Below are positions 38,517-49,070 of a stretch of DNA of 64,000 bases, one piece after another (the stretch's first letter is position 1; each line of letters opens with the position of its first letter). The notes beneath the pieces were generated by a model. It worked only from the letters and a program-made list of their open reading frames with translations, did not search any database and was not told the DNA's origin. The stretch is from Hyaloraphidium curvatum SAG 235-1 (lineage: Eukaryota > Fungi > Monoblepharomycota), in the NCBI GenBank assembly GCA_025558095.1, contig JAIVFI010000005.1, forward strand, positions 682,001 to 746,000. Direction: 5' to 3'. The translations under genes and the position numbers were made by a program.

Positions 38517-41500
38517 TAATGGGCCATGAATAGAACAGTCAACACAAAATCCGCTCTGAAACCACAGCTGATTTTTGACAAACCACGGATGAATTACCAC
38601 AAACCACAGACAGCACACTTTGACCCACTCAAAACAGGGACGCGCAGTGTCTGGCCCCAGTCATCCATCTTGACGCCATTGAGCACGTCATTGAGGAGGT
38701 TGACAACAGCTTGCTTCAGTACTGCAGTCCCGTACTTGACGAACTCGAGCCGGATCCCATCCTCGTCCTTTGCCTTGCCGTTGGGGGCCTTCTTCAAGAC
38801 CCTCTCCAGCTCCTTGAGGGTGATGGGCGCAGCAGGTCTCCAGAAGGCGTGATCGTGGCCTTGGGAAGTGGTGGAAACGTGAGCCTTGGATCCTCCTCGA
38901 TCTTGGTCACGTACTCGGCGCTGGCGGCCTAGAATAGAATAGTATTGGTGACCCGGACCTGCCCCTGGCTTGGCCGCTGTTACACCATGAGTTTGCTGCT
39001 AATTGCAAAGTTCATTGTCGTCGTGTGTCTTTTTCATTTTCCCAGTTTTCCTGTCCTTCATGGACTTTGAGATGAAGCTGGCAATGGAGTTGAGGGCCTT
39101 CTCCTTCTGCCGCCTCGCTTTGATCGTGGGCTCGAACTCCTTGATGCTAAGAGCCCAGAGCCAGGTCTCCATGTTCCACTCGCAGCCTAGTGCTTCCAAT
39201 CTAATCTGCAGCTTCTGGCGCCGCTCTGCATTTGCTGAACAGTGAAACAGAAAGTGTTGTTCGTCTCCAATGTGCTCAGGGTCATGCTTGCACGTTCTCT
39301 GCTGCACCTCAAGTCCTTGGTGCCTGCCTGTCTCCACCTCCAGGTCGTGGGTAGAGCACAGCAACTTTTGGACATCCCTCCGGTGCTTCTCCACCCGGAT
39401 CAGGGATGGTCCGATGTGGCCAAAGGTCATGTCACACATCCTCCAAAAGTGCAGTTTGTCGTTGTCCTTGAGCCTCTGGGCATTGATCTCCCTGAACTTG
39501 CCCTTCACAAGATTCTCCACAGTCTCCTTGGGCCATGAGAAAGTGTCCTTCTCCCACATCTCCCTCCCATCTTCGCCGCCATAGTATACAAGTAGTTCCC
39601 TCAGGAAGGCGGCCCAGTTCCAGGACCCGTTCAGTGCCTCGATCTTGAGCTCTTTGTAAAGTAGGTACAGCGCAGGATCCGCTGTTTTGATGCGCATGAG
39701 GAACTTGAGTGCCGACTCGTGGTCATGAACTGCAAGGGGGTACTGGCCAGTGATCGCATACAGACAGGCCAGGGAGGTAGACTTGGGCAGATGAGTGACG
39801 GCACGAAGAGCCATGCATGTCACTTTGTCCCTGGTGCTTTCCCCGGCAAGGTACTCCTCCTTCGGCAACTCAACAATGAACGGGTTCCCATATTGGCCCA
39901 CTGCCTTGACCTTTGTGTTGTAGAGCTTGAGCTGGAGGTCAGGACTCATCCCAGGCTGCTCCCTGATGTCACGGAGCCAGAGCCCATAAGCAGCGTTCAT
40001 CTTGGCCTCTCTGCCATGCACATGGTCCTTGCTCCGGCCGGTTGAGGTCAGCTGATACCCCAGAAGCTTGAAGCTGTCAACCCTCTTCAGCTCCTGGTCC
40101 CTGTACATGAGCTTTACACGGTGATGAGGTATCCTCCTGGCCATTCACTCTGTCTTGCTGACGTTGATCTCCAGCCCATTGGCACTGGCATATGCAGACA
40201 AAAGATCCAGCTGCATCTTGGCATCCTTCACCGTCTTCGAGATCAAAGTGGTGTCGTCTGCAAAGAACAGAGCCAGCAAGCTGACCATCCTCTCCTGATC
40301 CTCTTCCTCCTCAGACACCATGCCCAGATCCATCCCTTTTGCACCATTGGCCTCCATGAAAGCAGTGATGTCGTTGATGAACAAGATGAAGAACAGCGAC
40401 GAGAGAGGGTCCCCCTGCTTCACTCCGGTCAGGAACTTGATGAAGTCTGACTTGGTCCCGTCTTCATCCCGGAGCCGTCCCCACACGCGCCCGAACGCCA
40501 TCTTGAACATGTCAACAACCTGTTTGGGTACTCCCATCTCCTCCAGCTTCTGCCATAACCTGGGGCGCTCCACCGTGTCAAAAGCCTTTGTGAAATCTAC
40601 AAACACCATGATCAGCTTCTCCTTGCGTGCCTTGGCCAAGGAGAAGAGTGCCTTGGCGAGGAACACTGCATGAAGGGTCGATCTCCGTGCACGGAATCCA
40701 AACTGCGAGCCTTCCAGCAGCTTGTTGCACTCAGCCCAGGGAGCTAGCCGAGCATTCCAGACCAGGGAGAAGACCTTCTCCAGCGTCCTCTCTATGCTGA
40801 TGCCTCGGTAGTTGCCAGCCACGTTCTTGGGCCCCTTCTTGTGCAGCATCACCAGCAGTGTCTGGCCCCAGTCATCCATCTTGACGCCATTGAGCACGTC
40901 ATTGAGGAGGTTGACAACAGCTTGCTTCAGTACTGCAGTCCCGTACTTGACGAACTCGAGCCGGATCCCATCCTCGTCCTTTGCCTTGCCGTTGGGGGCC
41001 TTCTTCAAGACCCTCTCCAGCTCCTTGAGGGTGATGGGCGCAGCAGGTCTCCAGAAGGCGTGATCGTGGCCTTGGGAAGTGGTGGAAACGTGAGCCTTGG
41101 ATCCTCCTCGATCTTGGTCACGTACTCGGCGCTGGCGGCCTAGAATAGAATAGTATTGGTGACCCGGACCTGCCCCTGGCTTGGCCGCTGTTACACCATG
41201 AGTTTGCTGCTAATTGCAAAGTTCATTGTCGTCGTGTGTCTTTTTCATTTTCCCAGTTTTCCTGTCCTTCATGGACTTTGAGATGAAGCTGGCAATGGAG
41301 TTGAGGGCCTTCTCCTTCTGCCGCCTCGCTTTGATCGTGGGCTCGAACTCCTTGATGCTAAGAGCCCAGAGCCAGGTCTCCATGTTCCACTCGCAGCCTA
41401 GTGCTTCCAATCTAATCTGCAGCTTCTGGCGCCGCTCTGCATTTGCTGAACAGTGAAACAGAAAGTGTTGTTCGTCTCCAATGTGCTCAGGGTCATGCTT

Positions 41501-41806
41501 GCACGTTCTCTGCTGCACCTCAAGTCCTTGGTGCCTGCCTGTCTCCACCTCCAGGTCGTGGGTAGAGCACAGCAACTTTTGGACATCCCTCCGGTGCTTC
41601 TCCACCCGGATCAGGGATGGTCCGATGTGGCCAAAGGTCATGTCACACATCCTCCAAAAGTGCAGTTTGTCGTTGTCCTTGAGCCTCTGGGCATTGATCT
41701 CCCTGAACTTGCCCTTCACAAGATTCTCCACAGTCTCCTTGGGCCATGAGAAAGTGTCCTTCTCCCACATCTCCCTCCCATCTTCGCCGCCATAGTATAC
41801 AAGTAG

Positions 41807-44800
41807 TGTTGGAGTGGCTATGGGGCGTGGGGAAGACGTAGCCCCAGTGGTCTGAACCGGGTCAGAACTCAGATGGACGGGATGGGGAGAGGGACAGTTT
41901 CACGTTGACCCGTTGTCCATTCCCTTGTGATGACAAGTCCCTAGATGACCCCTCCGGTCGTACCCAAGTATCCCCACACGCCAATAGACTCCCTATTGAG
42001 ATAGAATCGAAGCAACAATCCATTCCAACACTCCCCCTTGTTGCAAGATTCCCTCCAGTGCATATCAATCCCAACAACGTAGCAATGCATAGGTTCCAAC
42101 ACTCCCCCTCGTTGCAAAGTTGTCTCCCAGATGTGATCTCCGTTGCAAACCAGTTGCAATTATCAAGTCACTTTCAATACTCCCCTCCTGTCAAGAATCC
42201 CTGAGAAATCTCCAGTTTCACTTTCAAATCTCCACAAATCCCCTAAGTGCTTTGAAATGCTCAAACTTAGCTATCCACTTTTGGTCCTTCAAATTCAGTC
42301 ATTTGCATCACAGTGTTATGCACCTCTTGCTAGTTTCCTGCACACAGACTGGTTCTGCCTCGTTGCACATTGCACAGATCCTTCTGCTGATTCTAAATCA
42401 AAGCTCAACAGTCCCATTGCATGCGTGGTTTCTCCAGGTCCTTCCACCTGGTCAGTTTCCACCATTCCAGAGTCTTCCTAGAATGTCTGGCTCTTCCATT
42501 GGTCACATGCTCTGCTCCTTTAGAGTCCATCCAGTTGTCCTTCAAGCTTGTTGGCAAAGCACTCTGATGATGTCCTTGCAACATCCAGTTGTCCTTCAAG
42601 CTTGTTGGCAAAGCACTCTGATGATGTCCTTGCAACACCTCCTCCACGTGTCCCGTGTTGACTGGATCAAAAGCACATCTCCCAGAAAGTGATTCACCAA
42701 CAGCAAGTCTCCCAGAAAGTGAGTCACCCTTCATCACTTCCCCTGAATCGCTTTCTTCTGCTCCTTCCAGGAATGGGTCATTGCCTTTACAGTGTCCAAG
42801 AACATCTGTATCACCAATACCCTTTGTCTCTGGTTCATCACCCTCAGGATCCATTGTGTTGCAAGTACCCAAAATCAAAGACTGCTCATACAACTCCACT
42901 TCCTTCTGAATCATGTCTGTTCCGGAATGATTGTCCTTCAAGATCCCCATGTCAATTTCGCAAAGCAGCTGTCCGTTTGCATCTTTAGTCTCCTTTCCCA
43001 AGTCAGCAACAAAATCTGTTTCAGCATCTCCATTCTGAACCAAATTCAAATCCCCCTGGTTATCCGGCATGTTCAAATCGTCTTGCATGAGTGTCTGCTG
43101 CATCCCTCCATATGATGCGTCCAATTTCTCAGCTCTGCTGAAGGTACTTCCACTTCCACAGTCAGGCCCTCCTCTGGTCAAGTCACACACCTCATGTCCT
43201 TCGAAATCTGAGCCTCTAGCTCCCTCTGCAAGGTAGGGATCATCCTTGACGATCTCTGCGTTCATCTGATACGAGCCGTTGTGCAAACTCAGTGTTCCCA
43301 TGAGTTCACCCTCTGGGGAAAGAATATTGCCACCCTCTGGGCCCAACAGCACCAGGAATCCCATCTTCACCACGCTCTCAATCGATGGCAATGCTCCACA
43401 TCGATCTCCAATGTTTGCATCCTCCATCAAAGTGATGATCTTCCCTGTCAAGAACCTCAGTTGTGTCTTCTGAATACCGCCCGCCATCGCCGATCCCTTC
43501 GTGGTCCCAAAGTCACGTAGGCCACAAACATCCTCTCCAAAAAGTGGTTTCTCGACCTCCAACACGTTCCTAGACGCGTTATTTTCCTCCATGGTCCTGT
43601 CCCCGAGAGCATTCACGTGTGCTGCCTTCCTGGAATCCTCCAGCACTTCATGCTCACGTTCCTCTCCTTGGAACGCGTTCTCCTTCCAATCCTTGACTCC
43701 CAGTGCCACTACCATATCCACGAGGTTCTCCTTGATCAGATTATCGTCCAAGGTAAGCTCCATCTGCTTCTCCTCACGCGCATTGGTCTCCGCGATCCTC
43801 TTACAGAGTGTCTCCCAGTGTCCAGGTTCCCCGCAACGAAGACACGCGTTTCCGCGGTGTAAGCAATTCCTGGCGTAATGCACAACCTCTCCACACATAT
43901 AGCAAGCGTTTCTCGACGCGTTTCTCGTGCTTCCACGTGATTGATCACCACCTCGCTCGACACCGCGTCGTTTCTGACCTCTGACACGTTTTCCATCGCC
44001 ATCTCGGCCTCCCTTGGATGCTCCTCCATCTGATCTTCGAGTTTCCACGGTCGATTGTGCTCCCTGGCACTCCTCATTGGCGCTCCGTCCCGCTGTGCCT
44101 TCAGACGTGTTCCAGAGTTCGTTCTCCCTCGCGAATTTCCTCTCCAGACCGTCCCAGATCTCCCTGGCAGTGTCCACAGAGAAGAATACACGTTGCAGTG
44201 CCCTTGGTAGAGTCTCCAGGATCAATCCCTGGGCCACTTGGTCGTGTGCAATCCAGTCGTCCATGTCCTTGGTCGTGGCCCCTGCCACACCCACAGTTGG
44301 CTTTGCCATTGCTCCTGTCACGTAGGGCAAGAGTCCTTCTATCTGGAGCTTCTTTTCCATCGCAAGCTTCCAGTCTCGGAGGTTCCTTCCGTCCTCCCTG
44401 AGAATGGTCCCCTGTACCACTCTCCATATTCTGCCTCCCATCGTGAACTCAATTCCACGATCCCGCAAGCTCCTCATCTTGAGCACGCTCTCTTTCAGCG
44501 TTCTCCAACCTGTCCAGGCAGTTCCAGAACCAGCGTTGGTAGATTGCGGCTCCCCCGGCTATGTGCGCCACCCGGCAACTTCACAGCCGCATCTTTCGTC
44601 TTTCACAACCCTTTGGGCTCATAGACCTGTTTGAGTGGCTATGGGGCGTGGGGAAGACGTAGCCCCAGTGGTCTGAACCGGGTCAGAACTCAGATGGACG
44701 GGATGGGGAGAGGGACAGTTTCACGTTGACCCGTTGTCCATTCCCTTGTGATGACAAGTCCCTAGATGACCCCTCCGGTCGTACCCAAGTATCCCCACAC

Positions 44801-44849
44801 GCCAATAGACTCCCTATTGAGATAGAATCGAAGCAACAATCCATTCCAA
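41807..44849 (-). mobile_element. Non-autonomous Ty1/copia LTR element nested in the LINE
   Basis: Near-identical ~224-bp LTRs (41807-42030 TGTTGG...CCAACA; 44628-44849), PPT (AAGGGGGAG) next to the 3' LTR, half-tRNAiMet-type PBS GGTCTATGAGCCC. Confidence 0.95.
42405..44486 (-). CDS. Copia gag (UBN2-like + two CCHC knuckles) with degenerate pol remnant
   Basis: NLRDWKLAM..DQVAQGLI..AREIWDGLERKF; CYMCGEVVHYARNC; CLRCGEPGHWETLC. No intact integrase or RT motifs. Confidence 0.85.
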   Translation of the reverse strand: MLKMRSLRDRGIEFTMGGRIWRVVQGTILREDGRNLRDWKLAMEKKLQIEGLLPYVTGAMAKPTVGVAGATTKDMDDWIAHDQVAQGLILETLPRALQRVFFSVDTAREIWDGLERKFARENELWNTSEGTAGRSANEECQGAQSTVETRRSDGGASKGGRDGDGKRVRGQKRRGVERGGDQSRGSTRNASRNACYMCGEVVHYARNCLHRGNACLRCGEPGHWETLCKRIAETNAREEKQMELTLDDNLIKENLVDMVVALGVKDWKENAFQGEEREHEVLEDSRKAAHVNALGDRTMEENNASRNVLEVEKPLFGEDVCGLRDFGTTKGSAMAGGIQKTQLRFLTGKIITLMEDANIGDRCGALPSIESVVKMGFLVLLGPEGGNILSPEGELMGTLSLHNGSYQMNAEIVKDDPYLAEGARGSDFEGHEVCDLTRGGPDCGSGSTFSRAEKLDASYGGMQQTLMQDDLNMPDNQGDLNLVQNGDAETDFVADLGKETKDANGQLLCEIDMGILKDNHSGTDMIQKEVELYEQSLILGTCNTMDPEGDEPETKGIGDTDVLGHCKGNDPFLEGAEESDSGEVMKGDSLSGRLAVGESLSGRCAFDPVNTGHVEEVLQGHHQSALPTSLKDNWMLQGHHQSALPTSLKDNWMDSKGAEHVTNGRARHSRKTLEWWKLTRWKDLEKPRMQWDC

Positions 44850-47800
44850 GAGAAAGTGTCCTTCTCCCACATCTCCCTCCCATCTTCGCCGCCATAGTAT
44901 ACAAGTAGTTCCCTCAGGAAGGCGGCCCAGTTCCAGGACCCGTTCAGTGCCTCGATCTTGAGCTCTTTGTAAAGTAGGTACAGCGCAGGATCCGCTGTTT
45001 TGATGCGCATGAGGAACTTGAGTGCCGACTCGTGGTCATGAACTGCAAGGGGGTACTGGCCAGTGATCGCATACAGACAGGCCAGGGAGGTAGACTTGGG
45101 CAGATGAGTGACGGCACGAAGAGCCATGCATGTCACTTTGTCCCTGGTGCTTTCCCCGGCAAGGTACTCCTCCTTCGGCAACTCAACAATGAACGGGTTC
45201 CCATATTGGCCCACTGCCTTGACCTTTGTGTTGTAGAGCTTGAGCTGGAGGTCAGGACTCATCCCAGGCTGCTCCCTGATGTCACGGAGCCAGAGCCCAT
45301 AAGCAGCGTTCATCTTGGCCTCTCTGCCATGCACATGGTCCTTGCTCCGGCCGGTTGAGGTCAGCTGATACCCCAGAAGCTTGAAGCTGTCAACCCTCTT
45401 CAGCTCCTGGTCCCTGTACATGAGCTTTACACGGTGATGAGGTATCCTCCTGGCCATCCACTCTGTCTTGCTGACGTTGATCTCCAGCCCATTGGCACTG
45501 GCATATGCAGACAAAAGATCCAGCTGCATCTTGGCATCCTTCACCGTCTTCGAGATCAAAGTGGTGTCGTCTGCAAAGAACAGAGCCAGCAAGCTGACCA
45601 TCCTCTCCTGATCCTCTTCCTCCTCAGACACCATGCCCAGATCCATCCCTTTTGCACCATTGGCCTCCATGAAAGCAGTGATGTCGTTGATGAACAAGAT
45701 GAAGAACAGCGACGAGAGAGGGTCCCCCTGCTTCACTCCGGTCAGGAACTTGATGAAGTCTGACTTGGTCCCGTCTTCATCCCGGAGCCGTCCCCACACG
45801 CGCCCGAACGCCATCTTGAACATGTCAACAACCTGTTTGGGTACTCCCATCTCCTCCAGCTTCTGCCATAACCTGGGGCGCTCCACCGTGTCAAAAGCCT
45901 TTGTGAAATCTACAAACACCATGATCAGCTTCTCCTTGCGTGCCTTGGGTACTCCCATCTCCTCCAGCTTCTGCCATAACCTGGGGCGCTCCACCGTGTC
46001 AAAAGCCTTTGTGAAATCTACAAACACCATGATCAGCTTCTCCTTGCGTGCCTTGGCCAAGGAGAAGAGTGCCTCGGCAAGGAACACTGCATGAAGGGTC
46101 GATCTCCGTGCACGGAATCCAAACTGCGAGCCTTCCAGCAGCTTGTTGCACTCAGCCCAGGGAGCTAGCCGAGCGTTCCAGACCAGGGAGAAGACCTTCT
46201 CCAGCGTCCTCTCTATGCTGATGCCTCGGTAGTTGCCAGCCACGTTCTTGGGCCCCTTCTTGTGCAGCATCACCAGCAGTGTCTGGCCCCAGTCATCCAT
46301 CTTGACGCCATTGAGCACGTCATTGAGGAGGTTGACAACAGCTTGCTTCAGTACTGCAGTCCCGTACTTGACGAACTCGAGCCGGATCCCATCCTCGTCC
46401 TTTGCCTTGCCGTTGGGGGCCTTCTTCAAGACCCTCTCCAGCTCCTTGAGGGTGATGGGCGCAGCAGGTCTCCAGAAGGCGTGATCGTGGCCTTGGGAAG
46501 TGGTGGAAACGTGAGCCTTGGATCCTCCTCGATCTTGGTCACGTACTCGGCGCTGGCGGCCTAGAATAGAATAGTATTGGTGACCCGGACCTGCCCCTGG
46601 CTTGGCCGCTGTTACACCATGAGTTTGCTGCTAATTGCAAAGTTCATTGTCGTCGTGTGTCTTTTTCATTTTCCCAGTTTTCCTGTCCTTCATGGACTTT
46701 GAGATGAAGCTGGCAATGGAGTTGAGGGCCTTCTCCTTCTGCCGCCTCGCTTTGATCGTGGGCTCGAACTCCTTGATGCTAAGAGCCCAGAGCCAGGTCT
46801 CCATGTTCCACTCGCAGCCTAGTGCTTCCAATCTAATCTGCAGCTTCTGGCGCCGCTCTGCATTTGCTGAACAGTGAAACAGAAAGTGTTGTTCGTCTCC
46901 AATGTGCTCAGGGTCATGCTTGCACGTTCTCTGCTGCACCTCAAGTCCTTGGTGCCTGCCTGTCTCCACCTCCAGGTCGTGGGTAGAGCACAGCAACTTT
47001 TGGACATCCCTCCGGTGCTTCTCCACCCGGATCAGGGATGGTCCGATGTGGCCAAAGGTCATGTCACACATCCTCCAAAAGTGCAGTTTGTCGTTGTCCT
47101 TGAGCCTCTGGGCATTGATCTCCCTGAACTTGCCCTTCACAAGATTCTCCACAGTCTCCTTGGGCCATGAGAAAGTGTCCTTCTCCCACATCTCCCTCCC
47201 ATCTTCGCCGCCATAGTATACAAGTAGTTCCCTCAGGAAGGCGGCCCAGTTCCAGGACCCGTTCAGTGCCTCGATCTTGAGCTCTTTGTAAAGTAGGTAC
47301 AGCGCAGGATCCGCTGTTTTGATGCGCATGAGGAACTTGAGTGCCGACTCGTGGTCATGAACTGCAAGGGGGTACTGGCCAGTGATCGCATACAGACAGG
47401 CCAGGGAGGTAGACTTGGGCAGATGAGTGACGGCACGAAGAGCCATGCATGTCACTTTGTCCCTGGTGCTTTCCCCGGCAAGGTACTCCTCCTTCGGCAA
47501 CTCAACAATGAACGGGTTCCCATATTGGCCCACTGCCTTGACCTTTGTGTTGTAGAGCTTGAGCTGGAGGTCAGGACTCATCCCAGGCTGCTCCCTGATG
47601 TCACGGAGCCAGAGCCCATAAGCAGCGTTCATCTTGGCCTCTCTGCCATGCACATGGTCCTTGCTCCGGCCGGTTGAGGTCAGCTGATACCCCAGAAGCT
47701 TGAAGCTGTCAACCCTCTTCAGCTCCTGGTCCCTGTACATGAGCTTTACACGGTGATGAGGTATCCTCCTGGCCATCCACTCTGTCTTGCTGACGTTGAT

Positions 47801-48323
47801 CTCCAGCCCATTGGCACTGGCATATGCAGACAAAAGATCCAGCTGCATCTTGGCATCCTTCACCGTCTTCGAGATCAAAGTGGTGTCGTCTGCAAAGAAC
47901 AGAGCCAGCAAGCTGACCATCCTCTCCTGATCCTCTTCCTCCTCAGACACCATGCCCAGATCCATCCCTTTTGCACCATTGGCCTCCATGAAAGCAGTGA
48001 TGTCGTTGATGAACAAGATGAAGAACAGCGACGAGAGAGGGTCCCCCTGCTTCACTCCGGTCAGGAACTTGATGAAGTCTGACTTGGTCCCGTCTTCATC
48101 CCGGAGCCGTCCCCACACGCGCCCGAACGCCATCTTGAACATGTCAACAACCTGTTTGGGTACTCCCATCTCCTCCAGCTTCTGCCATAACCTGGGGCGC
48201 TCCACCGTGTCAAAAGCCTTTGTGAAATCTACAAACACCATGATCAGCTTCTCCTTGCGTGCCTTGGCCAAGGAGAAGAGTGCCTCGGCAAGGAACACTG
48301 CATGAAGGGTCGATCTCCGTGCA

Positions 48324-48971
48324 CACAAACTAATGGGTGTCAGCTGCTCTGCACCTTACATCTAAAATTAGGCTGCGGGGGTGGGATTAGAAAAAAATCA
48401 GTTGGCGCTGCGCAGCGAAGCCAAAACCGTGCATGCCCGGGAAATTGGCAAACTTAGCCTAAATTTTGGCGAACTTGGCTCAAATTTTGGCGAACATGGC
48501 GTCTGGGGGCCGACGACGCTGGCTCAAGTGGATCGGTGGGGCCAGAAAAGGCGGAAGGTAGCTCATCCACTCGCATTCAACTTAGAGTGTTTTGCTCGAG
48601 CGAGGCTCGGGATCTTCAAGCCCTTGTACTTCCCGAATAATGAGCAAGCTGATCATCCCAGGAAAGGCGTCGGAAAAGCGAGCACGAGCTTGAAAAGCTG
48701 CAAGCTACATTGATCTGTTGAGGCAATTGAGTGGCACGGTGCAGCGGACCCTTTTGTGCGGAATCACTAGTTTCAGTGCCCTTTTTTTGGCGAACTTGGC
48801 CCTGATTTTGGCGAACTTGGCATCCATCCGGACGGACACGGGCACGCAGGGTTCTAGGCCCCCTGCGCCGGCGCAATCACAGGAACGCCAGTCCCACCCC
48901 CCGCGGCCTAATTCTAGGCATATCTCAAGCTTAAATATAGATGTGGAGCAGCTGATGCCCATTAGTTTGTG
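48324..48971. mobile_element. MITE / non-autonomous DNA transposon (~650 bp)
   Basis: Imperfect TIR: left CACAAACTAATGGGTGTCAGCTGCTC, right (reverse complement) CACAAACTAATGGGCATCAGCTGCTC. Further inverted match AATTAGGC(T/C)GCGGGGGTGGGA; internal TTTTGGCGAAC(T/A)TGGC direct repeats. Confidence 0.85.
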
Positions 48972-49070
48972 CGTGAGGGGCCGGGGAACGGGTTTGTGCG
49001 CCAGCCCTTGCGCATGCAACACCCGCCCCAGAATCCCCAAAGATTCGCGCCTCCTGCGGCCCGCCCCGCC

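Larger units (their letters stand above)
38644..48324 (-). mobile_element. Head-to-tail array of a 2211-bp 5'-truncated non-LTR (LINE) retrotransposon unit
   Basis: Copies at 38644-38929 (partial), 38930-41140, 41141-46561 (with insertions) and 46562-48324. RT motifs NYRGISI, QFGFR, VDFTKAFDTV, GVKQGDPLS, FADD; C-terminal C..DEQHFLFHC; 3' tail (CTATT)n; no endonuclease domain. Confidence 0.96.

Noticed and set aside
38930-38942. TAGAA repeats as telomeric sequence
   Set aside because: Only ~2.5 units, located at the LINE 3' end; a microsatellite-type LINE tail explains them better.
41200-41212. Programmed stop readthrough joining LINE copies into a polyprotein
   Set aside because: TAG CAG CAA only partly fits the CAR-YYA readthrough context, and the open frame follows from the 2211-bp period plus a shared frameshift.
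44762-46429. Novel LINE-LTR fusion protein
   Set aside because: The RT frame simply reads ~29 codons into the inserted LTR; no evidence of function.
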